A stretch of 64,000 bases of DNA from the IMG/VR virus record IMGVR_UViG_3300029989_000006. One strand, 5' to 3'. How positions within the stretch are numbered: the first letter of the stretch is position 1; each line of letters opens with the position of its first letter. Below, in pieces: positions 1-11,107 of the stretch. The notes beneath the pieces are model-generated. The model ran no database searches, had not been told where the DNA came from, and worked only from the letters and a program-made list of their open reading frames with translations. The translations under genes were made by a program, and so were the position numbers. The stretch is from a virus.

Positions 1-721
1 GGACAAGACATTGCAATGCAGCTAGTGTTGTACGTCATTTAGGTAGTTACTTTGATCTTTATAATGAAGGATCAATAATATTCAATTAAGTAATTTCTTA
101 TGGATAACCTTGATCTTAATGATAAATTCTCTAAAGCACAAAAAACTTTAGAGAGTTTGTCCTCTAAAAAATGTGGGTCCATAGATATTAGAAGGGCTCT
201 GGAAAATCTTAATAATGTGAGACAGCAGATTGCACAAACTAGGTTATTCAGAATTATTAATACTGAAGATCCAGAATATTTTACTGATGAATGAAACAAT
301 AGAATTTCAAACAAGAAATGGGTTAACATTGACAGCAACAATAATAAAAGAATATAATGGTGTAACTCTTGGCTTTTGTCGAGATAGATTAGTTACTATT
401 GATTCTTCTCATAATGAAATAAGATCAGTAGATGTGTTAAATTTATTTCCACTATTGACCTCCATAAATTAGCCAACTGACATGGTATAGCTAACCTTGT
501 TATATAATGTGATATATAAGTATAACTGCATAATTCTTGAGAATGAGTGGGTTTTACGAAGATTATCCGTCCTCAATGGATAAACAGTTGGTTTTCAAAA
601 ACTTTTAACCTAGTTTTGGTATAAACAGGTACACTTCCTAGTATTTTGTTAACATGAATATAAGTCTAAAGTGAAAAGAGGTGCGATACCTTACTATTAA
701 TAAATTTAAATCAAAAACATT

Positions 722-1063
722 ATGTGTGAAATATCTGAACAAACTAATGAATTGGCTGAAAAAGTTTATGAACTCGGGGAAATTGAAAAAGCAATAATTC
801 TCTTATATGAACATAAGTATCTAACAATTAACAATTTCGCATTTTTAATTGCAACATTTCTTATGAATCAAGTGGATTCCGTAGTTGTAATGACAATTGT
901 AAATGTAATTGATGAAAAATTCCCAGAAGTAATGGATGAATTATGTGTTAAGATGCGAACAATAGCAATGAAAAAAGCTATGGAAGTATTGGAAATAATT
1001 TCTTCAATAGAAGAAGTTGACCATATAAACAATTTATTTACTGTAATGGTAGCAAGGCAGTAA
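722..1063 (+). CDS. hypothetical protein
   Basis: 113 aa ATG ORF on the coding strand. Confidence 0.6.
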   Translation: MCEISEQTNELAEKVYELGEIEKAIILLYEHKYLTINNFAFLIATFLMNQVDSVVVMTIVNVIDEKFPEVMDELCVKMRTIAMKKAMEVLEIISSIEEVDHINNLFTVMVARQ

Positions 1064-1321
1064 TTAAACCATTGTAAATATGGATACTATTGAATACAAG
1101 GAATTTAAGAATAAAGTGGAGTTAAATGAGTTTTTTAGAACTAATAATATTACTCCAATAAATCTTTCTTTCTTTAATAGAAAGGTTGATGTAAGTACTC
1201 CTGGATGTACAGGTACCATTGAAATAATGTGTTATGATTGCGTTAAGATGTGGTACATACAACATCCTAAGGATTCTGGTATACCTTGTGAGTATTTTCC
1301 TCCTGGACATAGACAATAAAA

Positions 1322-1406
1322 CATTGCCTGTCGTCGTCAGCATAGGGTTTTGCAAATCCCATAGTTGTCAACCATTGAAATAGATAGGGTGCAACCCTAG
1401 GCAATG
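1322..1406 (+). ncRNA. tRNA-like element closed by acceptor-type stem with T-arm-like hairpin
   Basis: CATTGCCT...AGGCAATG terminal stem; TAGGG-TGCAA-CCCTA hairpin just before the 3' strand. Confidence 0.35.
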
Positions 1407-1591
1407 AATGTACTACAAGAAAAATACTAATATCATCAATGCCATACAAGCTGTTATTGAAGGCTTGGTTAGTACACTTATAAAGGAATTTCTGCAAGTT
1501 AGGTATGGATATTAGTGGTGAGCAAGTTTTTCTAATCTGAAAGGACACAGTAGATATAACTAGTCTGCTAAAATATTTAATCTATTACATT

Positions 1592-1948
1592 ATGAAAAAA
1601 GAATTTGTTTTATGTGCAGCTATCTGGATTAATGATGGTTTAATATATGATATGCAGCCTGATAACATTAAAACAGGTTTCATCATATGTGGTAGAAGAC
1701 ATAGTGATTGTTATCAAACAATTAAATCACTAACTGGCCAAACTCCTAGTGAAAGAATTGGGACTTTGATTAATTCAATGTCTGAGGAAGAAGTTAGAGA
1801 TTATCAAGGATTTATGACCTCAACTAATAGATATGTTAATCGTAAGGAAGGTTGGCAAATTGCCAAAGCTAATAATCAAATTCAATTTGGTTTGAAAGCA
1901 TCCGAGAATGAAGAAGATTCAATACTTATTAGTGAGAATCTGTATTAG
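1592..1948 (+). CDS. conserved phage hypothetical protein (paralog of 3229..3510)
   Basis: both share CAAI..., GxRH, QGFxTSxNRxVxRxE, LxSExLY. Confidence 0.8.
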   Translation: MKKEFVLCAAIWINDGLIYDMQPDNIKTGFIICGRRHSDCYQTIKSLTGQTPSERIGTLINSMSEEEVRDYQGFMTSTNRYVNRKEGWQIAKANNQIQFGLKASENEEDSILISENLY

Positions 1949-2041
1949 AATATTGAAGCAACTTATATGATGTCTAGACTAATCATGTAAGTCCAGCTTC
2001 TTTTACTTAATCATGTTGCATATGAGACATTTTTAAGTATC

Positions 2042-2114
2042 AGTACTTTGGCTCAGGTGGACAGAGTGCTACTCTGTGTGGGTAGAGGTCGTAGGTTCAA
2101 CTCCTACAAGTATC
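2042..2114 (+). tRNA. degenerate tRNA-like gene (GTG-centred loop)
   Basis: TGGCTCAGGTGGACAGAGT D-arm, GTAGG-TTCAACT-CCTAC T-arm, loop CTGTGTG is non-canonical. Confidence 0.5.
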
Positions 2115-2303
2115 ACAATTAAAATAGTGATGGTGATAAATGGCGTAACAATGTGAGTAGTTAACACACAGGTTTTTGAGTCATATATTAATGCTAACTG
2201 AAAAGAACAGCCATCATATAATTCAATTACACTTACATCATATGGAGTGCACAAAGTTCGTTAAAACGCGTATGCTTAATAATTACGATAGTTGAGTTAT
2301 ATA

Positions 2304-2373
2304 GGTACCTTGGCTCGGTGGTAGAGTGCTATCCTGAGGGATAGAGGTCGCAAGTTCAAATCTTGCAGGTACT
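2304..2373 (+). tRNA. degenerate tRNA-like gene with 6-nt anticodon loop
   Basis: GGTACCT/AGGTACT acceptor, GCAAG-TTCAAAT-CTTGC T-arm, CTATC-CTGAGG-GATAG arm; resembles 2042..2114. Confidence 0.5.
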
Positions 2374-2610
2374 TCAATTACAGTAACAAGAAACTCTGAG
2401 ATGGTAACCGATCGAATACTCAGACTTGTAATATCGGAAACTGTAAGGGCTGTTGTAATGACAGCCAAGTTTATTAAAAATAAACACAACAATCGGGTAT
2501 AGCTTTTTGCTTTCAAGGGATCAGAACTGAACACATTCCTGCTCGCTAGCGTCAGTCGTTGTGGACACCATTGTTATACCGGTTAACTATAATAATGGTG
2601 TTAAATCTAT

Positions 2611-2689
2611 AAATCATGTCTATCGACGGTATTCGTACCGTTGCGCGGGATCGCGAGCAATAGATACAAGGTGCAACCTTGCATGATTT
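2611..2689 (+). ncRNA. structured ncRNA candidate with terminal stem
   Basis: AAATCATG/CATGATTT stem enclosing CGACGGTA-TTCG-TACCGTTG and CAAGG-TGCAA-CCTTG hairpins. Confidence 0.4.
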
Positions 2690-3228
2690 TAACTTATTAA
2701 AGATTTTAGAGTAAAGGTTCAGGTCCAATCGGCCGTAATAGTATGTGAGGAAAGTGAGGTTGGAAATTCCTTCGCATTTGAATTGATAATGAAATATGTA
2801 TCAGCTATTACAACTCTAATTTATTAACTCCTCATCTTAGTGAATTGTTGTTGAAACGAATCGAATCGAACTAAGATGTGGAGTTTGAAAATTAAAGCCC
2901 TCTGCCTGTGCACAGATATGGATCGAAGATGGAGATATATAGATTGAAACTGCTCCCTAAATCGTTGGTTAGCATTGTTTGTCCGTTCAAGGGATATTAC
3001 AAAAACGGACTTTAAAATTAAACTATCTGCTGAAAGACAAACAGTAATTAATAGTATCCTAACGAGGATTGCAATTATAATCCTTAGCTAAGAGGATGTT
3101 GTTTGGGGTAAGATATTAATAAGATGGAGAGTCTGAATATTGATTAAGGCTGTTACCAGTAATATCAATAGTTAATATTCCACTTTAGCATTGTGGATAG
3201 ATAGTTTTTAATTTTTAAAAATAAAACA

Positions 3229-3510
3229 ATGAAAGAAAGAATAATTTGTGCTGCAATTCAGATAGTCAAGACAGGTAAAATTTATTATGGTCATAGACAT
3301 CCGCATTGTGTTGATGCCATGAATGGAGAATTATCTTGGACACTAAATCGCCAGCAAATTAGTAAGACAGAGAACATTCAAGGATTTGTTACAAGTGAGA
3401 ATAGATTTGTTGGAAGAGAAGAAGCATTAACAATTGCTTTAGAAAACGATCAGGTCCGTGATAAAGCTGATGTTCGAGGTGATAGATTACATTCTGAAGA
3501 TTTGTATTAA
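3229..3510 (+). CDS. conserved phage hypothetical protein (paralog of 1592..1948)
   Basis: shared motifs with 1592..1948. Confidence 0.8.
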   Translation: MKERIICAAIQIVKTGKIYYGHRHPHCVDAMNGELSWTLNRQQISKTENIQGFVTSENRFVGREEALTIALENDQVRDKADVRGDRLHSEDLY

Positions 3511-3919
3511 AAATAAAACAGCTAAACATTGAACTGTTATTCATACTTGATACCCGCAATACTACTCGATGGGCATAGGTGTAGTGTATGAATATAAAGA
3601 TGATAATCCTGATTTAACAGGATATTTATAGGTTATACTGACGAGGGGCCGCCCTATGACTCTTATAATACTAAAATGGAGTAATCCTATACGTGTTGTT
3701 TTCCTTGAGAAAGAGAATAGAATGAGAGACAGAATCCACTAACTTCTGTACAACGCGATATGTACTCAGCAAAGATGATCTAAAATTCCCTGCTTCTTTA
3801 ATGGGATAGCTTAAATAAGTCCGAGCATAAATAAAGCATTGATTGTCACGACCCTACTCTTATTTTGGTACTACTAATGTTGTGGTATGAGATTAAGAAA
3901 GAGGGTACTAATAAAAAAT

Positions 3920-4017
3920 ACTAAGGTTCCCACGTAATAAAGGTGAAGTGGTGAGGAAACAAGCCAAGACAACGAATAACGCTAACACTTTCACAGGTTC
4001 GAATCCTGTCCTTAGTT
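3920..4017 (+). ncRNA. tRNA-like RNA: acceptor plus T-arm enclosing non-tRNA insert
   Basis: ACTAAGG/CCTTAGT stem, ACAGG-TTCGAAT-CCTGT T-arm, no canonical anticodon arm. Confidence 0.55.
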
Positions 4018-4020
4018 CAA

Positions 4021-4162
4021 TAATCAAATGACGGAGTGGCCAAACGTGCTGGTGTGTACCTAAAAGAATGTAGAATGGGGAAAACCGGTGAACATACTTC
4101 AGACATGAGGAGTAGGAGATTATATCTTTAAATTTGCGCAGGTTCGACTCCTGCTTTGATTA
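4021..4162 (+). ncRNA. tRNA-like RNA with about 90-nt insert replacing the anticodon arm
   Basis: TAATCAA/TTGATTA acceptor, TGACGGAGTGGCCAAACGT D-arm, GCAGG-TTCGACT-CCTGC T-arm. Confidence 0.6.
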
Positions 4163-4190
4163 CAATTATTAATTCTTAAAAACAAAGCCC

Positions 4191-4913
4191 ATGGCGTTTA
4201 AAAGAGCTAGAGTACTTATGCTTCCTACTGAAGAAAAAAGCACAATATTTATCCAAACCAGAGATGTATTTGGTAAAGGAACTAAAAGATTACTTGAGTA
4301 TAGTAATAATGAAACTTATTTAAATAATATTCATTTAGTTAATTCAGGTAGAGCTAATACAAATGATCAAAGTAAGTATTCATTTTATCATCTTTATTTC
4401 TTATTAATAGAAGATATATATCCTGGGGATTATTGGGTATATCTTAATCCTCCTGAATTTGACCTTCCTAAAGATAGTGAAATTAGAGAGAACAATCTTC
4501 CTCATTCTTGGTTTGAAAACCTGTGGGATAAAGAGAATTATTATAAAGTCATTGCCTCAACAAAAACATCACTAGACTTATCTCAGCCCTCTGAAGGTTT
4601 TATTAATAAGTACATTGAAAAATGTAATAAAGGTGAAGAAATTAAAGAAGTTGATGTTGAATATGATTTATTTTGGAATAATAAAAGGTTTAAACACCAA
4701 CCATTTCCAGATGAATTTGCTACTGAAAAGGATAGGGTTTATGATTTAAAAGTAAATTCAAAAGATAATACTATTACTATTAAAAGTATTAAAAACTCTT
4801 GGACTAGAAAGGAGTGTATTATATTAATCAAACAATTTGGAAGAGACTTTGGTCTTTATGTTGATACAGTACAGTACAAGGAGATTAATCAATGGCTCAC
4901 CAAAAACTTATAG
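4191..4913 (+). CDS. hypothetical protein
   Basis: 240 aa ORF. Confidence 0.75.
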   Translation: MAFKRARVLMLPTEEKSTIFIQTRDVFGKGTKRLLEYSNNETYLNNIHLVNSGRANTNDQSKYSFYHLYFLLIEDIYPGDYWVYLNPPEFDLPKDSEIRENNLPHSWFENLWDKENYYKVIASTKTSLDLSQPSEGFINKYIEKCNKGEEIKEVDVEYDLFWNNKRFKHQPFPDEFATEKDRVYDLKVNSKDNTITIKSIKNSWTRKECIILIKQFGRDFGLYVDTVQYKEINQWLTKNL

Positions 4914-5478
4914 TTGTAGGTATACAGAGGAACCTTCTCGTTCTTATACTTAAGGATTTAACCGGCTCAAATAGTTTTCGCATTCTATTCGATTTAGATC
5001 CTTATTTCACATAAATTCAGTTCCATTGCTTGGATAGTTACTGATGGTTACAAGGTACAACCTTGCTGAATTCATATTGATTTGGTATTATATGCTAAAT
5101 CTTTGTTTAGTTTCCAAAGGGAGAGAATTACATTCTCTCCTGGCGGGAAACAAAGACATGTGTTGCTGTAAAGCAAACATCCGGCGAAAAAAAGTTTTTA
5201 ATAAGTTCTCTTTTTTCGTCTGTCCGAACATCCTTTAATTCTATGCAATCATATTAAAGGAACAGGGAGCAAAATAAAGATTGCCGTGTAGATTTCCACA
5301 GTTAAGCAAATCCTTTACCAACTAGGCACAATGTTGGAATAATAAAGTGAAAATTCAAACTTTGCAGTAATGATTTATAAAAGTTGTAAGACACTTCTTA
5401 TAAATGAGCTACCTTGGTAAGGTTACAACCACAATTGTATATTCTTAAACTCAATATAAATATTTAAAACTCAACAAA

Positions 5479-5730
5479 ATGTTTAAACACAAATTAGGTA
5501 TCATTGCAAAAGACAAAATTACTGGATTTGAAGGAATGGTAACTTCTAGAGTAGAATTTCTTACTGGTTGTAATAGGTATTGTATATAACCAACAGAATT
5601 AAAAGATGGAAAACCAATTGATCCACTATATTTTGATGAAGATTGTATATTCTTTGTTAAAGATGGGCTCAATCCTCAAGAAGTAACAGGTAAAACACCT
5701 GATGCTTGTTCTCCAAATCCAAGTAAGTAA
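5479..5730 (+). pseudogene. small phage protein interrupted by an in-frame TAA
   Basis: MFKHKLG...FLTGCNRYCI*PTELKDGKP...YFDE; frame stays open on both sides of TAA 5587-5589. Confidence 0.55.
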
Positions 5731-5775
5731 AGAAAAAATGGGGTGGTTCCCATTGTTTAAGGTTAGGTTTAGGTT

Positions 5776-5813
5776 GAAACTCGGCAGACTCCCCGTCTGT
5801 CGGGTTTCTTTTT
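5776..5813 (+). terminator. intrinsic terminator
   Basis: GAAACTCGGCAGAC/GTCTGTCGGGTTTC hairpin followed by T-tract. Confidence 0.7.
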
Positions 5814-6014
5814 CAAAACATGTTTAATATGGTTATAACTGAAAAACAAAAAATTGCTAATGCAAGAACAAAACATAGTTGGATTCCAACTGGAAATTTA
5901 AATGAAGCAAAGTGTTGTCATTGTGCTTTAGTTAGAATAAAGGGATTTCATAACAGATATTTACGAAATAATCAAGAAGTAGAGCAAGAAGGATGTATTA
6001 ATAAAAAATAAACA

Positions 6015-6443
6015 ATGAAAGAAAAAATTACACTGTTATTGACCTCATCAATATATAAGATTTGTGCGCATATTGAAAGGCTTTCTGATCTTAAATTTTA
6101 TTCAGCAGAATTAGGGATTCCTAAATTTAAGTATAATTGGTTAAAATATACTTATTTCTTTAAACCAATTTTTATTGGTTACACAGAAGGAAAACCAGAC
6201 AGATGGAGTGAATATGGTCCTGAAGATAATAATTATTATAAGGAATCCTATTTAAGAACTTTACCTTTTTATAAGATTAATGATGTAGATAAAACTGTAA
6301 CATGTAAACCTTCAGTTTATATATCACTTAATGATAATAAAAAAAATGAGAATTTTACATTTGAATCAAATGAAGAACTTTTTGATTTTATTTATGAAAT
6401 TAAAAGTATTTCAAAAGAGCCTTTTATAACCATTGAATCATAA
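6015..6443 (+). CDS. hypothetical protein
   Basis: 142 aa ORF. Confidence 0.7.
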   Translation: MKEKITLLLTSSIYKICAHIERLSDLKFYSAELGIPKFKYNWLKYTYFFKPIFIGYTEGKPDRWSEYGPEDNNYYKESYLRTLPFYKINDVDKTVTCKPSVYISLNDNKKNENFTFESNEELFDFIYEIKSISKEPFITIES

Positions 6444-6615
6444 AATGAGAAATATTATAAGATATTTATCAGGTGTAATGATTGGAATGATTGGAGAATA
6501 TCTCTATGGGGTTAATCTTAATATTTATGCAATCATTATTCTCCTTTTTTAATTATTTATATGTTTATTGATCTGACGTCAGATGAGTTAAAGAAACCTA
6601 TATCTTAGTATTATA

Positions 6616-6640
6616 TGCAAGGTAGAGCAGTAGGTAGCTT
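6616..6640 (+). pseudogene. orphan 5' half of an initiator-type tRNA
   Basis: TGCAAGGTAGAGCAGTAGGTAGCTT is acceptor 5' strand plus D-arm, directly upstream of the HNH gene. Confidence 0.55.
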
Positions 6641-6661
6641 AATAGATTAAAAACAAAAAGA

Positions 6662-7132
6662 ATGAAGAGTATTATTGATGAGTTAAGCGATGAACAATTT
6701 GCAGAGGTTATAAACAGTTCTGCAACTTGAAGAGAGATGGAACCTAAATTTGGGTATAAAAATAACATTTCTTCAAATTTAAAAGAAAAGATTAAAACAA
6801 GATGTGAGTTATTAGGATTAGTTTTAAATACTAGAACAACTAATACTACACCTTTAAAAACTAGAGGTAAGAAAGAATTGTTCGATTCTAGAAGTAATTG
6901 ACAGAGTGCTAGAAGTGGTATTACTAAAGATGCTAATAGAACTTATTTTAAACATAAAGAACAGAAATGTTTTATCTGTGGTTATGATAAACATATTGAA
7001 GTTGCCCATATCAAAGCTGTTGCTGATTTTGGTGATTTTGCAACAGTGGAAGAGATAAATGATATTAATAATTTGGTGGGGTTATGTCCTAACCATCATT
7101 GAGAATATGATAATGGATTATTAGTATTATAA
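6662..7132 (+). CDS. HNH endonuclease with 3 in-frame TGA codons (156 aa if TGA=Trp)
   Basis: SAT*REM, RSN*QSARS, CFICGYDKHIEVAHIK...NLVGLCPNHH*EYDNG; TGA at 6728, 6899, 7100; no TGG; missed by the ORF track. Confidence 0.85.
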
Positions 7133-7135
7133 GAT

Positions 7136-7203
7136 CGCGAGGAGGCGGGTGCCCACTGACCCTCATAAGGTTATGTTTTTGAGTTCAATTCTCAACCTCG
7201 CTA
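7136..7203 (+). tRNA. tRNA-Met(CAT), initiator-like, atypical D-arm
   Basis: CGCGAGG/CCTCGCT with 1:72 mismatch, TGACC-CTCATAA-GGTTA. Confidence 0.7.
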
Positions 7204-8298
7204 CTTTCCCTAACTTGGGGAAAAGTTGGCAGATCTCAATTGTCCGACAGCAATTTGTCGTAATAAATATTGCAACTTTTTATTATGTTTTGTTTTAGAA
7301 ACATGGTTTGTCTGACGTTACACAGACAGATGTATCAGTAGGAGTACTGATTGTAACTAAAGACCATTGAGTAAGATCAATGGTCGATAATATTTAAAAA
7401 ATTCCATAGCCTGTGGAATAGGAAGTTGATCCCTCTAGCCTATATCAGGCAGTGTAAACAACCGTTTTTGTTTATTTTTGGAGCGTTAAAAATGAAATAT
7501 GTTTTAACAATTTTTATGGAAGGACTTAGGCAGTTAAAAAATTGTGTTAATCAAGATGGATAAAAGATTTGCAAATCTTCCATCTTGATTTTTAAAATGA
7601 AATTATTAATTATTTATATATTATGGAAACAATTATTATTCCTGCAACAAAACCAAGATTTCCTGCATTAGGAAAATCAAATGATGAGGGTATGGTTGTA
7701 CTATTTTCTAATGAAACTAGTGGCACTGTAATTTCCTCAGGAAAAAGTATTACTGTTGTTGGTTTCTTTACAAAAGATTGGCAACCTGTTACAGATTCTA
7801 TAGTTTGGGAGATTCTCCCAGAAATTACAATTTATTTTAGAACTTAAAAATGAGTAAAAGACAAGACAGAAAAGCAGAAAGAGCTGGAAAGAAAGATAAG
7901 AACGGAATTTCATTAGCTTTATCTAGACCTCAACGTAGGGCAGCAAATAGATTAAACAGAGGAATTAGCCATTACAATGCTTTTCCTAAAAGTCCAGAAT
8001 CAGGACAAGGTAGACAACAACCAGGTTCACAACAACATTGGTAGATGTGGAAGATTTGCACTAATTGTGGGGCAATATATTATGATTCAAATATTTTATG
8101 TCCTAAATGTGGACATTATTCTATAAAAAACAAATAATTAGATTAAAAATGGGAACATTTATTTTATTGTTAGTTAGTGCATATTGTGTATACATTTACT
8201 TGAAGAAAAATCCTGAAAATATGGATGAAAGAGATTCAAAAACTCGTTATAGACTCGGCGAAGAATAGTTTTTAGTGTTAATATAAAAATTTAGTTAA

Positions 8299-8640
8299 AT
8301 GAAACATTTATTGTTTTTAGTGTTTGCAATGTTATTATTTGTGTCTTGTGAAGATACAAGTACTTCTAAGGCTCCCATGCAAATGGAACCTGAGGCATCT
8401 GTCTATGTACAGATTAAACTTAACCATGTAAATGGTGTTGATGTGTTATCAATTGAAAAAATTGTACACAATGAACAAGGTGTAGTTGTAAAAACTATTA
8501 CTAGTATTGATACTATTTCATCTTTGAGCTTGGTTAAAGATACTTTAGCTTTAGTTGATAAGAATGGTGAGCCAACTGACAAAGATTCCATTATGTGGCA
8601 TCCTAAAGATTATTCATTATTTATATCTGTGCAAAAATGA
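8299..8640 (+). CDS. putative lipoprotein
   Basis: signal peptide with lipobox LLFVSC. Confidence 0.7.
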   Translation: MKHLLFLVFAMLLFVSCEDTSTSKAPMQMEPEASVYVQIKLNHVNGVDVLSIEKIVHNEQGVVVKTITSIDTISSLSLVKDTLALVDKNGEPTDKDSIMWHPKDYSLFISVQK

Positions 8641-9209
8641 GAAGATATCTTGGATATATAATCGGAGGTGTTGGTCTTTTATTTTTTGTTTTTGTTCTAT
8701 TTTATTGTTCTACTTCACGTAGGCATTATAGAACAATGGCAGATTATGACCAACAACCAAATTACTACATTGATGATGGAATAGGGTATCAACAAGGAGG
8801 TTATTCTCCTTTTATGATTTTCCCTATAATGTCATTGGATTATTATGGTAGACCTTATTACCATTATAACTACATCTATCGGAGTCATTATGGTTATTAT
8901 AACAATTCTTATGGAGGCCATCGTGTAACTGTGAATCACACAATTATACATAATCGAAGTTTGACTAATTATAGAGCAAGAACTTCTCAACTTCAATCAC
9001 ATCGAGCTCAACAAATTGAAAGACGAAATCTAAACTCTTCAAGAAATGCAAGATCTAATTCTTATACCAAAAGTAAAAGTAATTTTACTCCGACAACAAA
9101 TCGTCGTCAGTCCTCAGGTAGTTCTTCTTCATACAATCGAAGTTCACGTTCCAGTAGTTCAGGTAGTTCATCTCGATCTTCTAGTTCATCCAGATCTAGT
9201 AGACGGTGA
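8637..9209 (+). CDS. membrane-anchored protein with Tyr-rich middle and Ser/Arg low-complexity tail
   Basis: N-terminal TM helix; SSRSSSS tail. Confidence 0.7.
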   Translation: MRRYLGYIIGGVGLLFFVFVLFYCSTSRRHYRTMADYDQQPNYYIDDGIGYQQGGYSPFMIFPIMSLDYYGRPYYHYNYIYRSHYGYYNNSYGGHRVTVNHTIIHNRSLTNYRARTSQLQSHRAQQIERRNLNSSRNARSNSYTKSKSNFTPTTNRRQSSGSSSSYNRSSRSSSSGSSSRSSSSSRSSRR

Positions 9210-9234
9210 TTATAAAATTCTTAAATAATTATTT

Positions 9235-9936
9235 ATGAGTTTAATACCTAAATGGATGCTTGAAAATCCAGAGGATGAAAAACCTATCTCTGGTACTGTT
9301 CCTCAACAACCTATTCAACAAGGTGCTCCTGTAATGAATACTCAAGTATTTGTACAACAAGTACCTGGACGTCCTGTGCAGATTTTTGCTTCTACTCCTT
9401 CTAGTTCCGTGCCATCAAGTGAAGATATTCAAAATATGGTTCAAAAGATCCATAAATATTTGGATTCTATTAACAAACCTGGCATTGACTTTTTGGAGTT
9501 TTGGAATGCTGTATTAGGAACTGATGGTGGTGCTACTCCTAACAATATCAAAACTGCATTTAAAATGATGCAGATGATGACAGGGAATACTATCACGAAA
9601 GAGATATTAATATCTACTGGTAATGCATATGTTAATGAATTAACAGCTGTAATTAATAAAGAAACAACTGCTAAAATTACAATTAAGCAGAATTTACAGA
9701 AACAATTGGAGCAAGAGAAATCTAACCTGGTTAACCAAGCACAAAACTTGGAAGCACAGATAGCTAAATTAACTATTGACCTATCTGATGCAAAAGCTTC
9801 TTTATTACAGATTGATAATAAATACTCTCCTCAAATGCAGGAAGCTGATCTTACAATCTCTACAGGTAATACTGCATTAGGTATTGTAACTGCTGATATT
9901 AATAATTTTATCCAATTAATTCAAACTAATATTTAA
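9235..9936 (+). CDS. coiled-coil protein, first gene of ABC operon
   Basis: 233 aa with C-terminal heptads; stop abuts next ATG. Confidence 0.8.
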   Translation: MSLIPKWMLENPEDEKPISGTVPQQPIQQGAPVMNTQVFVQQVPGRPVQIFASTPSSSVPSSEDIQNMVQKIHKYLDSINKPGIDFLEFWNAVLGTDGGATPNNIKTAFKMMQMMTGNTITKEILISTGNAYVNELTAVINKETTAKITIKQNLQKQLEQEKSNLVNQAQNLEAQIAKLTIDLSDAKASLLQIDNKYSPQMQEADLTISTGNTALGIVTADINNFIQLIQTNI

Positions 9937-11070
9937 ATGTACGAAACAAAAACGATTCAAAAATTGGAAGTACCAGCAGAAATGCAGAATTTACCCATAA
10001 TGCAATTTATTGGTGATTCATTACCTGCATCTACCCAAACACCTGAAGCAAAGAAAACTATATCTAAAATAATAGTATATGGTTCTTTTGTTGCCATTGC
10101 TGCTCTTTTTATTGCTAACCTAAAAACAATTACTGAAACAGTCAGTGGATTGATTGATTTTAGTGTTAAATTGGCTATACTTGGTCTTGTTGCTGGTGGA
10201 TTAGTTCTCATGGCTGTGTTAGGACCTGGGATAATCAATCTTCTTCATAAAGCTGGAGATATTCAGATTTTTAAATGGAGAAAGAAACAAATTGAGGATA
10301 ATCCTATTGAAAGTTTGGAGATGTTAATGCAGGAGCAAGACACTGTATTAAAAGAAGTTGATAAAAAGATCAATGAAGTTAGTGGGACTAGGGAAGGATT
10401 TACTCGTGATGCGCAGGACCTAGATTTAAGTGCTGAAAAGCAATTACAAATAGCTTTGAATCTTGCGAAGGATGCGAAGAAATTATCTGAAAGTGTACCT
10501 GATTTACAGCAAAAGGGATTAACTGAAAAAGCTAATCAAACTATTCGTGATGCTAAAGAAACTACAAATACAGCATATTTAGCAAAGACAGAAGCAATTG
10601 GTAAGAAAGATACTGCAGCAATGTTTGCACAATATTCTAATCAGTTTGGTAAGGTTATTGAAATCCTTAAGGATAATCGTAGTGCATTAAGAATTCAAAT
10701 GAGTGCTACTAAAACCAGTATCAACATGTTGGAACGTCAGTTATCTGCAACCAGTCGTATGAGAAATGCAACTGAAGGATTAGCTGCCGCATTCAATATG
10801 AATGATAGTTATGTTTTCGTTACTGCTATGAATAGTGCAAAAGCTACGATTAGTAATAATGTTGCATCAATTCGTAATAATATACAATTGTTAAATCAAA
10901 ACAAAGCCTTAAATGGTGGATCTACATCTGCAAACAAAGCAGAACTTGATTTATTTATCCAGCAAATGGAACAAGGACAAATTAAGAAACTGAATGTTTC
11001 TGAGATTGTAGACACAGAACATGACCTGACAACTGCTGAAAAAGTAGATGCAGGATTCAGTATTCTTTAA
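9937..11070 (+). CDS. two-TM coiled-coil protein (PspA-like inferred)
   Basis: two hydrophobic helices then long helical region. Confidence 0.75.
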   Translation: MYETKTIQKLEVPAEMQNLPIMQFIGDSLPASTQTPEAKKTISKIIVYGSFVAIAALFIANLKTITETVSGLIDFSVKLAILGLVAGGLVLMAVLGPGIINLLHKAGDIQIFKWRKKQIEDNPIESLEMLMQEQDTVLKEVDKKINEVSGTREGFTRDAQDLDLSAEKQLQIALNLAKDAKKLSESVPDLQQKGLTEKANQTIRDAKETTNTAYLAKTEAIGKKDTAAMFAQYSNQFGKVIEILKDNRSALRIQMSATKTSINMLERQLSATSRMRNATEGLAAAFNMNDSYVFVTAMNSAKATISNNVASIRNNIQLLNQNKALNGGSTSANKAELDLFIQQMEQGQIKKLNVSEIVDTEHDLTTAEKVDAGFSIL

Positions 11071-11107
11071 AAATTAAATATTTTAGATAACTTTTTCAAA
11101 AAGATTT

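Noticed and set aside
3625-3720. Hammerhead ribozyme at CTGACGA
   Set aside because: No GAAA follows the candidate stem II, so the core cannot be built.
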